From Candidatus Thorarchaeota archaeon (GTDB lineage Archaea > Asgardarchaeota > Thorarchaeia > Thorarchaeales > Thorarchaeaceae): a stretch of 64,000 nucleotides of DNA. Below are positions 36,095 to 45,037 of the stretch, one piece after another. Every line of letters starts with the position of its first letter. Within the stretch, counting starts at the first letter, position 1. Below the pieces are notes generated by a model that did no database searches, was not told where the DNA came from, and saw only the letters and a program-made list of their open reading frames with translations. Location of the stretch: contig JBHLRP010000004.1 in assembly GCA_048882485.1 (NCBI GenBank), positions 1,657-65,656 on the forward strand, given 5' to 3'. The position numbers and the translations under genes are program-made.

Positions 36095-36868
36095 CTAGAA
36101 CGGCAACTGAAACAGCATCCATGATGGAAGTGGAACAAAGAGCCTAACATAGATACAGCCCACTAGCAGGAAAAATGATACGAGCAGGACCGCCCAGTCC
36201 CTTCTTCTGAATCTCAATAGCTCCATATATGTTCGGTTCCCACTTGCTCCGAATCCCCTCGATTCCATACTCTCAGCCACAGACAATGCTCTTCTTATTG
36301 AAACAATAATCAGGGGAACAATGATTGGCACTATATTGCGAATACGCTTCAGAATGTTGCCTTTGTCCAATTCCACTCCGCGGGCCTTCTGCGCATCCAT
36401 GATTGCATAGGCTTCCTGTCCGAGGGTAGGAACATATCGCATAGCCATACTCATTGCAAATGCAAACTCGAATCGAACCCGCATCTGAATAAGGGCTTGA
36501 GCAAGTTGGTCGGGATGCACTGTCAAAAAGAAGATTGAGAAGGAAGTCATCAAAGCAAGAAGCCTGATGGCTAATGCTATTGAGTGCGAAAATGGATTTG
36601 AAACAGTTGAAAGTAATGTGTTAAAGATGACAATGAAGAGCAAAAGATAGGACATTCCCTTCATGCTGCGTGCCCATCTTCGGAGGGATTTAGCTGCAAC
36701 GAGAAGGGGAATCATCGTCATTAGAATGATTATCAGTGGAACAATGTTCAGAAAAAGGAGAGAGATAGCAGCAAGAGTGAAAGCTAACATCATTTTTGAC
36801 CGTGGATCTAGATCATGGACCAGAGAAGCTTGGCGAGTATACTGAAACACTTCAAGAAATGACATCAT
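36095..36868 (-). CDS. ecfT: ECF transporter transmembrane (T) component
   Basis: Polytopic; 'AMDAQKARGVELD' coupling-helix region. ATGA overlap with ecfA2. Confidence 0.85.
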   Translation of the reverse strand: MMSFLEVFQYTRQASLVHDLDPRSKMMLAFTLAAISLLFLNIVPLIIILMTMIPLLVAAKSLRRWARSMKGMSYLLLFIVIFNTLLSTVSNPFSHSIALAIRLLALMTSFSIFFLTVHPDQLAQALIQMRVRFEFAFAMSMAMRYVPTLGQEAYAIMDAQKARGVELDKGNILKRIRNIVPIIVPLIIVSIRRALSVAESMESRGFGASGNRTYMELLRFRRRDWAVLLVSFFLLVGCIYVRLFVPLPSWMLFQLPF

Positions 36869-37692
36869 GTCATACCTCCTAGTATCTCAGAGACCGCGTC
36901 TTCCAATTCTGATAGCAGCGATAGACGTTCAGGTACCTGCGGAAAGGCTCTATGAAGCGCTCGTGCTGCCAATGTTAGTTGTGGTGGTGTCAAAGAACAG
37001 CGCTCCAAAACATCATCATTACTCAAGACAGCCCCGGTCGAACCGTCCGCGACAATTCTTCCCTCAGCCATTGCTATGGTTCTTGGAAAGTTTTCAATAA
37101 CGAACTCAACATCGTGGGTCACAACAATAACAGTGCGCTCTCGTTCATTGAGATCCATCAACATACGAGCAAGTCGTTCTTTCTGGTGTGCATCCTGTCC
37201 AATGGTTGGTTCGTCTAGTGCAAGAACTCCAGGCTCCGTGGCTAATACTGTTGCTAATGCCACACGCTTTCTCTCGCCTCCGGAAAGAGCAAAGGGAGAT
37301 CTCTCTGCAAAACCCTCCAGTCCAAGATTAAGAAGTGTCTTGATACACTGTTCTTCAGCCTCCTCTGGAGTAAAGCCCAGGTTCTTTAGTCCAAATTCAA
37401 TCTCCTTCTTCACACTATCAAGAAACAGCTGGTGGTCAGGGTTCTGCCAGACAAGTCCAACAGTCCTAGAGAGTTCCGCGATTGAGAGAGACTTCGCATC
37501 GACACCATCCACGATTACCCTCCCTTTCTGAGGCCGTAGAAGCCCATTCATATGCTTGATTAGAGTTGTTTTTCCTGCTCCGTTAGTTCCCATAATGGCA
37601 ACTCTTTCACCCTTCTCAATCTGTAAAGAAACTCCTTGGAGAGCTGTATAGATGCCATCATACGAGTAATGCACATTCTCCACAATTATCAA
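36865..37692 (-). CDS. ecfA2: ECF transporter ATPase
   Basis: 'GTNGAGKTTL', 'LSGGERKRVALA', 'LALDEPT'. Confidence 0.9.
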   Translation of the reverse strand: MIIVENVHYSYDGIYTALQGVSLQIEKGERVAIMGTNGAGKTTLIKHMNGLLRPQKGRVIVDGVDAKSLSIAELSRTVGLVWQNPDHQLFLDSVKKEIEFGLKNLGFTPEEAEEQCIKTLLNLGLEGFAERSPFALSGGERKRVALATVLATEPGVLALDEPTIGQDAHQKERLARMLMDLNERERTVIVVTHDVEFVIENFPRTIAMAEGRIVADGSTGAVLSNDDVLERCSLTPPQLTLAARALHRAFPQVPERLSLLSELEDAVSEILGGMT

Positions 37693-38537
37693 TGATGGCG
37701 CACCTCCCCGACTAATGCGGCAAGCTCTTCACCAGTGAGAGGAACTCGGCCTAATTCTTTGCCCTTAGCCTGAAGTCGCCTGTACACCTGAGTTGCTTTA
37801 GGAATCCCAATTCCAATCTCCATTGAGATGTCCATAGACAGAACATCTCGTGGTGGCCCGTCAGCCACAATTTGCCCCCTATCCATCAGGATTATTCTAG
37901 ATGCATCCTTAGCCACAAGGTCAAGTCTATGCTCCACGAGAAGGACTGTCATTCCATTTCGCTTGTTAAGCTCGGCAATGATATCTAGTATCAGTTCGGC
38001 ACTCTTTGGATCAAGATTTGAAGTTGGCTCATCTGCCACCAACACTTTGGGCTTAAGAGCCAATGTTGCAGCCATAGCGAGCCGCTGTTGTTCGCCTCCG
38101 CTCATCTCATGTGGATGTTTCTCTCGTAGATGTTCAAGATTCAGAAGGTCAATAATCTCCTCGACGCGCTTTCTGATTTCCTGTGGAGCCACACCAAGAT
38201 TCTCGGGTCCAAAGGCAATCTCCTTCTCTACGTTCAGTGTGACTAGCTGGTTGGCTGGATTTTGAAAAACCAAGCCTACTATTGATGCCAGTTGAGCAAC
38301 CGTTGCTTCGCGTGTATTGTGTCCGTCTACGTACACATTACCTGCAATATATCCTCGATGAAAATGCGGCACCAGCCCGTTGATAGCTCGACACAGAGTT
38401 GTTTTGCCACATCCAGATGGCCCCGTTACAACAACATATTCTCCCTCATTGACTGATGCATTAACCTTGCGCAGAGCAAGAAAATCAGCTCCCAGATATT
38501 TGAAGCTGAAATCCGCGAACTCGACCAAGGCCATCAA
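37689..38537 (-). CDS. ecfA1: ECF transporter ATPase
   Basis: 'GPSGCGKTTL', 'MSGGEQQRLAMA', 'LVADEPTSNLD'. Confidence 0.9.
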   Translation of the reverse strand: MMALVEFADFSFKYLGADFLALRKVNASVNEGEYVVVTGPSGCGKTTLCRAINGLVPHFHRGYIAGNVYVDGHNTREATVAQLASIVGLVFQNPANQLVTLNVEKEIAFGPENLGVAPQEIRKRVEEIIDLLNLEHLREKHPHEMSGGEQQRLAMAATLALKPKVLVADEPTSNLDPKSAELILDIIAELNKRNGMTVLLVEHRLDLVAKDASRIILMDRGQIVADGPPRDVLSMDISMEIGIGIPKATQVYRRLQAKGKELGRVPLTGEELAALVGEVRHH

Positions 38538-38547
38538 CCAACGCCTC

Positions 38548-39546
38548 CTAGCTAGCCTTCACTCCTACGCTTTTCTCTATTGCCAATCGGAGAAGCTCAA
38601 CTGCCTTTGCCAGCCCCTTGCTTCGATTCTTTGTACCATTTGCCCCTGCTGCATTGACATGTCCTCCACCCACGCCCCCTATGATTGCCCCGATAGGCTC
38701 CATTACGTCTGTCCCCAGGTTGACACCCGTTTCTGAGGAGAATTGTCGACTACTTCGAGAACTGAATCTAACGACCCCCTTGGGGGTCTTTCCTGCAACA
38801 ATGGCAACATCCGCACCAATCTCGACCATAGCTCTACATGCGCTTGCCTCATAGGCTCCTATCTTGGAAACGGCAACTATCCAACCACCCATATCATGAA
38901 TCTGCAGTCGTCCAGCAGCTTTCAGTCTAGCGATTCTCTCAGATCGGTCTGGCTTGATTACCAAGGCTCTTACACACGAGTCATAGTCAGCCCCAGCGTC
39001 TATGAGCTTCACAGCCAATTGAAAAGACTCACGTCCTGAGTGGAAGAAACGACGAGTATCAAAAATCATGCCCGTAAGAAGTATATTGGCTACACTGGAG
39101 GAGAGTGGGATTCCTAGGTCATCATATAGGCCAATGACAAGCTCACATGTGGATGAGGCATTACTATCTACAATCTGATGCTTCGCTATTGATGACAACT
39201 CCGAATTCTCTTCATGGTGGTCAATAGCAAGGGTTCTCGAAGGGTCTGTGAGAAGGCTCCTCACACGAGGACCCAGTTGAAATTGGCTATTGGTGTCTAA
39301 GAGGATAACAAGGTCATGAAGTCCCTCTGAATAATCAGAAAAAGGAACATCAAGTGAGAAATGACTCAACACCTGATTGGACAAGCGGCTAACGTCATCA
39401 CACACAAGTGTCACGTTGCCATCCGGGCGTATTGCGAGGTAGAGGTCTCTTACTGCGACCATAGAACAAACTGCATCAGGATCTGCGTTCTGGTGACCCA
39501 GTATTAGGGGGTTCGATGACTCAGCAAGAAGAGATCTGAATCTCAA
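38548..39546 (-). CDS. DHH-family phosphoesterase (NrnA-like, DHH + DHHA1)
   Basis: 'ILGHQNADPDAVCS', 'LLDTN', 'LAIDHHEEN', 'GGGHVNAAGA'. The TTG start overlaps the upstream stop (TTGA). Confidence 0.85.
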   Translation of the reverse strand: MRFRSLLAESSNPLILGHQNADPDAVCSMVAVRDLYLAIRPDGNVTLVCDDVSRLSNQVLSHFSLDVPFSDYSEGLHDLVILLDTNSQFQLGPRVRSLLTDPSRTLAIDHHEENSELSSIAKHQIVDSNASSTCELVIGLYDDLGIPLSSSVANILLTGMIFDTRRFFHSGRESFQLAVKLIDAGADYDSCVRALVIKPDRSERIARLKAAGRLQIHDMGGWIVAVSKIGAYEASACRAMVEIGADVAIVAGKTPKGVVRFSSRSSRQFSSETGVNLGTDVMEPIGAIIGGVGGGHVNAAGANGTKNRSKGLAKAVELLRLAIEKSVGVKAS

Positions 39547-39854
39547 TTAGTCTTCAGCTCCTTCAGGCGCTTTTCCAACCACTCAGTACCATATCGCGTT
39601 GCGTCATCCAGAATCTCGTCTAGTTGATTTCCAGTGTCGTAGCTTTGCTCCAGATTTATCTGAATATCGACATCAAGCTCTTCATCGAATTCCAGAATGC
39701 AACTAACGGAGATTTCTGCCACGCTCTTCTTGGGAATCTTGCCAAGAATGAATTTGGTTATCTCGTCCTCACACTGCTCAGCAAGACTCTCTATCTGCTG
39801 ATCATCGAGACTGGGCAATCCAATCTCAGTTGGTGTGGGACACATGTGATTCAC
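39543..39854 (-). CDS. Small acidic conserved-looking protein (103 aa), in the position where a small uncharacterised ORF sits next to pfdB in other archaeal superoperons
   Basis: ORF coupled to pfdB by a GTGA overlap. Identity inferred from position only. Confidence 0.5.
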   Translation of the reverse strand: MNHMCPTPTEIGLPSLDDQQIESLAEQCEDEITKFILGKIPKKSVAEISVSCILEFDEELDVDIQINLEQSYDTGNQLDEILDDATRYGTEWLEKRLKELKTN

Positions 39855-40213
39855 TGGACCTTTAGGTTTCGCTTGGAGATATCAAGCTGAATCTGAGCGT
39901 TTAACTCTTCAATCTCCTTCCTGTCCTTTTCAGCGGCTTTCGTCCTAAGCTCAAGCCATTCCCGGAGATTAGCCACTCTATCAGTGAGTTCGCTCTGAAG
40001 CTGTGCCTTGTCAACTTTGAACATGATTTGACCTACAGTCTTGTATGTGACTGCCTCATCAGGATACTTCTTCATCTCTTCTAAGGTGACTTCTGCCTCT
40101 CTCAATTCGGCCTGTCGTGTTTGAATTGCGGCCATCAGCTGTTCGAGCTGCTGTTGCTTTATTACTAGCTTTCTTACCTCGTTTTCGACTTCTGGTGGAA
40201 TTGGCTGTGCCAT
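39851..40213 (-). CDS. pfdB: Prefoldin beta subunit
   Basis: 120 aa; two coiled-coil arms flank 'YKTVGQIMFKVDK' (beta hairpins). Position in the superoperon fits. Confidence 0.85.
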   Translation of the reverse strand: MAQPIPPEVENEVRKLVIKQQQLEQLMAAIQTRQAELREAEVTLEEMKKYPDEAVTYKTVGQIMFKVDKAQLQSELTDRVANLREWLELRTKAAEKDRKEIEELNAQIQLDISKRNLKVQ

Positions 40214-40270
40214 CTTTATCTTCTCCTCTTGATGCGAGGTTTACTTCGCCTGCGCCTTCTGGCAAGCGAC

Positions 40271-40534
40271 TTAAGGATTTTGGCCTAGGACAGCATCTAT
40301 TGTGTCAAGACTAGCTGAAACCCATGCGATATACGAATTCATTGCAGCCCTCAGCGAGGTCAAGTCACCAGATGAAATTTCAATGACTAGGACTGAGCCG
40401 CGTACAATCACTTCAACACGAGCCCTATCTGATGGAGCAGAGTGGGTTTCGGGATTAATTGCAGAACGAATTGCTTCGGCGAGCTCTTTTGATTCCATTG
40501 GGATTTCGATAACTGCTCGTCCATGCCCTATCAA
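40271..40534 (-). CDS. pcc1: KEOPS subunit Pcc1
   Basis: 'AVIEIPMESKELAEAIRSAINPE...VEVIVRGSVLVIEISSGDLTSLRAAMNSYIAWV'. Start placed at the TTG that overlaps the Brix stop (TTGA), giving 87 aa. The longer track ORF (to 40612) overlaps Brix by 82 nt. Confidence 0.7.
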   Translation of the reverse strand: MIGHGRAVIEIPMESKELAEAIRSAINPETHSAPSDRARVEVIVRGSVLVIEISSGDLTSLRAAMNSYIAWVSASLDTIDAVLGQNP

Positions 40535-41094
40535 GAGGATCCCCTCCAGACTTCTGAGATTCGAATGCGTGGACCTATCTCCAGTCCATTCTGCGCATGA
40601 TAGAATGTCCAAAGGAGCTTGCTTCCACCAAGGTCGGAAACTCGTATCTCGACCATGCCAGAAGCCGATTCATCTAGAACTACAGGCTGTTGTTCGTTCT
40701 TCACGTCAATCTCAAGCATTGATGCAATAACTGATGCAAGCTCTCGGGCATTCCTTGAACAATTCTCTTCAACGGTCACTCCAAAAATGGTATCTATTCT
40801 AAGCCCCTTATTGTCAGAAACCTCTCTTCTAAGAGCTGCACTCTCGACTTTGATTTCCAGCGCATCATCATCGTACGGGTATAGAAACCTGATTGTCCTT
40901 GGATTGCCCTTCCAGATTGTAACTATGAGGGCGAGTCTAGCACCTGAATGTACCACTCTTGACCGCAACTCATCGATACTCATCCCTCCTCGATTGAACC
41001 TTTCAGTGCCGGGTAGAACAGACCAGAGATCGCGTACAAAAGAGCGAACTCGATTTGATGTTTTTCGAGATGTAGTGATCAAAGCGCGGGGCAA
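40531..41094 (-). CDS. Brix-domain (Imp4-like) ribosome biogenesis protein
   Basis: 'ALITTSRKTSNRVRSFVRDL' N-terminus typical of archaeal Brix proteins. TTG start. Confidence 0.8.
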   Translation of the reverse strand: MPRALITTSRKTSNRVRSFVRDLWSVLPGTERFNRGGMSIDELRSRVVHSGARLALIVTIWKGNPRTIRFLYPYDDDALEIKVESAALRREVSDNKGLRIDTIFGVTVEENCSRNARELASVIASMLEIDVKNEQQPVVLDESASGMVEIRVSDLGGSKLLWTFYHAQNGLEIGPRIRISEVWRGSS

Positions 41095-41118
41095 TGCACT
41101 TCACTGCCCTGTGAGCCG

Positions 41119-41526
41119 CTATTCACTAGCCTCAGGTTCCTCGACAGGAACATCTGAGTCCTCATCAACGGAGACCGCTACGACTGCTTCCTCCTCAACA
41201 TTCGGAAGGAAATCGGAAGGATCGACAATCTCGTCTTCGTCTCTTAACGCAAGAAAGTCACCCGAAACCCTCTGGGCAATGGCACGCCTAGCAGCCTTTC
41301 CCGCATCGGTAAATGGGACATATGCCCCACCAGCAAAACTCAGACCACACTTTTTGCAGCTCCACAGACCAACAGCTTCTCTGGTCAGTGCTCTTGTAGC
41401 ACAGGACGGGCATCGCTGTGGTTCAGCACGACGTCTTTCGATATCAAGCACTCTGCGTCGTAGTTTCGCACCGTACCTAGCACCAAACCTTCCAGTGCTG
41501 CCAACTTTCTTTGTCTTTTTTCCCAA
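41119..41526 (-). CDS. rpl37ae: Ribosomal protein eL43 (L37Ae) with a ~45-aa acidic C-terminal extension
   Basis: 'GKKTKKVGSTGRFGARYG', zinc ribbon 'CPSC...CKKCG'. TTG start with AGGAG 9 nt upstream. Confidence 0.9.
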   Translation of the reverse strand: MGKKTKKVGSTGRFGARYGAKLRRRVLDIERRRAEPQRCPSCATRALTREAVGLWSCKKCGLSFAGGAYVPFTDAGKAARRAIAQRVSGDFLALRDEDEIVDPSDFLPNVEEEAVVAVSVDEDSDVPVEEPEASE

Positions 41527-41553
41527 ACCGGTATTCTCCTGGTGTGGTCATTA

Positions 41554-41575
41554 GGAGCGCCGGAATTGGCGCTCC
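41554..41575 (-). other. Perfect 8-bp stem / 6-nt loop hairpin in the rrp42-rpl37ae spacer
   Basis: 'GGAGCGCC GGAATT GGCGCTCC', about 28 nt upstream of the eL43 start on the transcribed strand. Confidence 0.6.
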
Positions 41576-41670
41576 GAGTCTATCAGTCGCCCACCGATTT
41601 CGCTTATTAGCATATCTATCGGTGAAGAGAATAGAAGGTGTTCCAGACTGACTGAAACACGCATTTCTTC

Positions 41671-42507
41671 CTATTCTGCGGTCTTCATTGTTTCAGTGAT
41701 AAGCTCTCGAATCTCTTTTGATCTATCAAGAGCCATGCCCATTGAATGGTCAATCATCTCAAGAGACATAGGACCTACGCCTCCACCCTTCTGCATTGCA
41801 GTGAAGTTGTCATCCTTGTCAACCGCCATAGTTAGGCGGCAGTCCATGACCATCTCTTCCTTGATGATAGGATCGATGACTAGGTGCTCTCCAATCTTGG
41901 CAACAGTGTGTTCTATTGCCATATTCTGAAGAGGCAGAGTGAGCATCTTGCCAGTAGCTACCTCCCCAGCATCTTCAAGCTTGACTTCTGGAAACTTGGT
42001 TCCGAGTAGCGCAGCGTTAACTGCTATTGATGACGCATCGATCAGATTGCCATCATATTCGAGTGTATAGACGTCTGCAAAGACCATATACACAAGTTTG
42101 CCTGGTTCAATGCAAAGAGCCTTGGTATCCATTGTTTCTGACTCACGGACTCCTCTGTCAACAACTCGTGCTAGTTCGATGGCGGGTTCCTTAGGAGGAC
42201 CCAACTCGAATAGAGGAGAAGCCATGGGTGCCAATTCGGCTGTTACCATCGTCACACCTTCATCGGGCGTGTCTGGATAAGGTGCTCCTGTCAGTACCTT
42301 CACACCAGCAACTACAGAGGTTCCACCAATCCGTACAATTGCTGACCCTTCTGCTTTTGCAGCCACGGGATTGGGTTCGATCGTAATTTCTCGATATTCG
42401 TCAAAGGGTCGACCGTCAACCCTTTCACCTTTGTTCAGCAGGTCTGCAACATAGCCCCTGTCAATATGGCTGATAATTTCTGAACTAAAATCAGTCATTC
42501 TACTCAT
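41671..42507 (-). CDS. rrp42: Exosome complex component Rrp42 (RNase PH-like, non-catalytic)
   Basis: 'RVDGRPFDEYREITIE', RNase PH fold, position after rrp41. Confidence 0.85.
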   Translation of the reverse strand: MSRMTDFSSEIISHIDRGYVADLLNKGERVDGRPFDEYREITIEPNPVAAKAEGSAIVRIGGTSVVAGVKVLTGAPYPDTPDEGVTMVTAELAPMASPLFELGPPKEPAIELARVVDRGVRESETMDTKALCIEPGKLVYMVFADVYTLEYDGNLIDASSIAVNAALLGTKFPEVKLEDAGEVATGKMLTLPLQNMAIEHTVAKIGEHLVIDPIIKEEMVMDCRLTMAVDKDDNFTAMQKGGGVGPMSLEMIDHSMGMALDRSKEIRELITETMKTAE

Positions 42508-43312
42508 CCCCCATTATCTCGGCTTCGCCGAGATCAGTTTCAAGATCGTCTTCATAGTCGTCCATCTCTTCATCATCACCCTCGGGAGCCTTTTTCGCGT
42601 ACGACCGCTTCAGAGCGTCTTTCTGCAGTTCATGCAGGTATTTACAGGAGTTTATTCCCATCTGCATTGCCTCAACGAGTTCCTCTCGCGTGAATGAACC
42701 ATCCTGTTGCAGCAGAGTCAGTTCATTTGTACCAGGGAGAATAGCTAGTGGAACATCACCCTGGCCGTATTTGTCCTCTTCATCTCCAAGATCCACAATT
42801 AGCTGGCCTTCAGCTTTGCCCACAGCAACAGATGGAACCAGAGACCTCATCGGAATTCCTGCATCAGCTAATGCAAGTGAAGCTGCGTTAATGGCAGCAC
42901 ATCTTGTACCACCGTCAGCTTGGATGACTTGTATGAATACATCAATCACAGCCTTAGGATATTGCTCCAAGAACAGTACTGGCTGCAATGCATTTGCAAT
43001 GACCATCGAAATCTCGCGCTCTCGCCGAGATGGTGCAGGCCTCTTTCTGTCTGGAACCGAGAATGTAGCCATTCTGTAGACAACTCTGAGATATGCACGG
43101 TCATTCAACGTCAAATGTCTAGGATGTAGCTCTCTTGGACCATAGACTGCGGCTATGATGTAGGTCTTGCCTTGCCTTATAGAGGCTGAACCGTCGGCAG
43201 TCTTGAGCACTCCAACCTCCATTTGAATTGGTCTTAGCTCATCTAATCTTCTACCATCAACTCGTAAGCCTTCAGCATTAAGCAAGGAGTCAGGTTTCAC
43301 TTCTGGACTCAT
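42500..43312 (-). CDS. rrp41: Exosome complex exonuclease Rrp41 (RNase PH-like) with an acidic C-terminal tail
   Basis: 'GLRVDGRRLDELRPI', 'ADGSASIRQGKTYIIAAVYGPRE', 'IQADGGTRCAAINAASLALADAGIPM'. Confidence 0.9.
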   Translation of the reverse strand: MSPEVKPDSLLNAEGLRVDGRRLDELRPIQMEVGVLKTADGSASIRQGKTYIIAAVYGPRELHPRHLTLNDRAYLRVVYRMATFSVPDRKRPAPSRREREISMVIANALQPVLFLEQYPKAVIDVFIQVIQADGGTRCAAINAASLALADAGIPMRSLVPSVAVGKAEGQLIVDLGDEEDKYGQGDVPLAILPGTNELTLLQQDGSFTREELVEAMQMGINSCKYLHELQKDALKRSYAKKAPEGDDEEMDDYEDDLETDLGEAEIMGDE

Positions 43313-44253
43313 TATTCACTCACTTCCTCCGTAGTTTCAGTTTCGGTCTCTTCAGACTCGGTTTCTGCTTCTTTAGCATCTTTAGGTGAGTCTTCAATTG
43401 CCTTATCAGCAACATCAGTTTCAAGAGGCTCTTCAGTCACCACAGGCTCCTCACCTTCAGCCGTGTCCTCTTCTTTGATATCTTCAACAGGTTCCGCAGA
43501 GTCTTCAGATTCCTCAGAATCCTCTACCTCCATCGATTCCTCAGACATTTCCTCTGGTGGCTCATCACCACGAATCCTAGTCATTTCCTCCTCAAGCATC
43601 TCCTTCACACGATCGGTGAGTTTCGATGTGTGGGCTTGGGCTTCAATCATCTTGAACGCCTTTATTGCTAGGCGCATGACATCGGTATTGGATGTACGAA
43701 TCCAAATCCGACCATTCTGACCAACCATAGTTTGGATTTTGAGGATGTCCTGAATCATGTTGATCATTGATCCACGTCTCCCAATAACGCGTGGAATCTT
43801 TGCCGGACGGATTTCAAGAATCATCCCGGAGTCCAGGCGTCTAAGCCCTCTTCCTTTCATCCCGAGGAATGGTCCTGTCACCCTGTCGAATGCAATTACT
43901 TCAGCAGCAATGACATCACCTATGTCCATGTATCTGCTGATATCGTCATCATATGGCCGTCGTAGAGCATTGTTTGCATGAAGAGATGCTAGGTATGGCC
44001 CTCCGATGTCCACCTTCCAATTATTCCCCGTCACCATTGTGATGGTTCCGAGGACCAGATCGCCCTCGCGAGGGATGTAAACCCCCTCAAGCGCAACCAC
44101 TTTCACGGTATTGCCGCGCAGCTCAGCGAGGCCTACCAATGCGGAGTATATTTTTTCTCCTTCGTCATAGGTCCCAAAGGAGGCACGGTATCTGCCTTCA
44201 GCCAATAATTGTCCTGGGACCACTACTTCTCGTTTTTGAAAGTATACAGCCAA
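43312..44253 (-). CDS. rrp4: Exosome RNA-binding subunit Rrp4 (S1 + KH) with a ~85-aa acidic C-terminal tail
   Basis: 'VVPGQLLAEG', S1 'GDLVLGTITMVTGNNWKVDIG', KH 'IPRVIGRRGSMINMI'. TTG start. Confidence 0.85.
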   Translation of the reverse strand: MAVYFQKREVVVPGQLLAEGRYRASFGTYDEGEKIYSALVGLAELRGNTVKVVALEGVYIPREGDLVLGTITMVTGNNWKVDIGGPYLASLHANNALRRPYDDDISRYMDIGDVIAAEVIAFDRVTGPFLGMKGRGLRRLDSGMILEIRPAKIPRVIGRRGSMINMIQDILKIQTMVGQNGRIWIRTSNTDVMRLAIKAFKMIEAQAHTSKLTDRVKEMLEEEMTRIRGDEPPEEMSEESMEVEDSEESEDSAEPVEDIKEEDTAEGEEPVVTEEPLETDVADKAIEDSPKDAKEAETESEETETETTEEVSE

Positions 44254-44297
44254 TGTATTCCCTCATTTGTAATTTTTATCATCAATATTCTCAACCG

Positions 44298-45020
44298 CTA
44301 TCGAACGGTCTCTATCTTTACTTGTCCTTTGCAGAGCTTGTTCAAATCGTCATAGAGCTCTTGTCGTTTTGATGCAGGAATCTCAACCAAGCCAGACCAC
44401 TCCCCGTTCTGTGCCCATGCCTCGGACTTGATTAGTCCAGCCTTTGCAACCACGTTGTAGCCCTTCCCTGAGAAGGCTGCTGGAAGAGTTATCTGAAGCT
44501 TGACGCTCTCAAATGAGATGGGGATTATCACCAAGAGAGCCTTCACAATTCCGGGGATTTGCTCGTCCGCTTTGATGAAGGGGTCGATTTGGACCTTTGC
44601 CTCCTCCATCGCCTGTCTAATTCTGTCAGGTGGATGAGGATGTCCTGTCTGTGGATTCATTGCCCGCTTAGAGATGCTCTCAATTATTGCTTCAGTTTTC
44701 TCCTTTACAAGCTGATTACGCTGCTCATGGGTAAGTCTGAACTCTCCATCTTTGAGTATAATCGGCGCTATCTTAAATACATCAGACGAGCCAAACTCCT
44801 CTTCTGCAAGCTCTTCAGATGCACGCTCTCCTCTCTTGGCATCTTCGTAAAGGTCATAGCTCTTCAAGATCTCTTCGATCGGGATGTCTTCACCTCGTCT
44901 ATATTCAAAGGCTAAATCCGGATCGACAAATAGCTCAAATCGCAGGTGACCCTTTTGAATTCCAATCACGACTGCATCAAGTTCAAGCCACTTCTCGCCA
45001 GATTTCTTCCCTGAACCCAT
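44298..45020 (-). CDS. sdo1: SBDS-family ribosome maturation protein
   Basis: FYSH-like N-terminus 'FELFVDPDLAFEYRRG', length, and position between psmA and rrp4. Confidence 0.8.
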   Translation of the reverse strand: MGSGKKSGEKWLELDAVVIGIQKGHLRFELFVDPDLAFEYRRGEDIPIEEILKSYDLYEDAKRGERASEELAEEEFGSSDVFKIAPIILKDGEFRLTHEQRNQLVKEKTEAIIESISKRAMNPQTGHPHPPDRIRQAMEEAKVQIDPFIKADEQIPGIVKALLVIIPISFESVKLQITLPAAFSGKGYNVVAKAGLIKSEAWAQNGEWSGLVEIPASKRQELYDDLNKLCKGQVKIETVR

Positions 45021-45037
45021 CAAGCCCTAGTCCACTC

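Noticed and set aside
37076-38265. Plus-strand ORFs of 145-151 aa inside ecfA1 and ecfA2
   Set aside because: They are antisense to strongly supported ABC ATPase genes and have an Ser/Arg-rich artefactual composition.
40619-41554. 311-aa Ser/Thr-rich ORF on the plus strand
   Set aside because: It runs antisense across the well-supported Brix and eL43 genes. Its low-complexity composition is typical of an antisense artefact.
41580-41670. Possible C/D-box sRNA in the rrp42-rpl37ae spacer ('TGAAGA' ... 'CTGA')
   Set aside because: There is no canonical C box (RUGAUGA), no C'/D' pair and no terminal stem. The resemblance is a single CTGA plus a one-mismatch C box.
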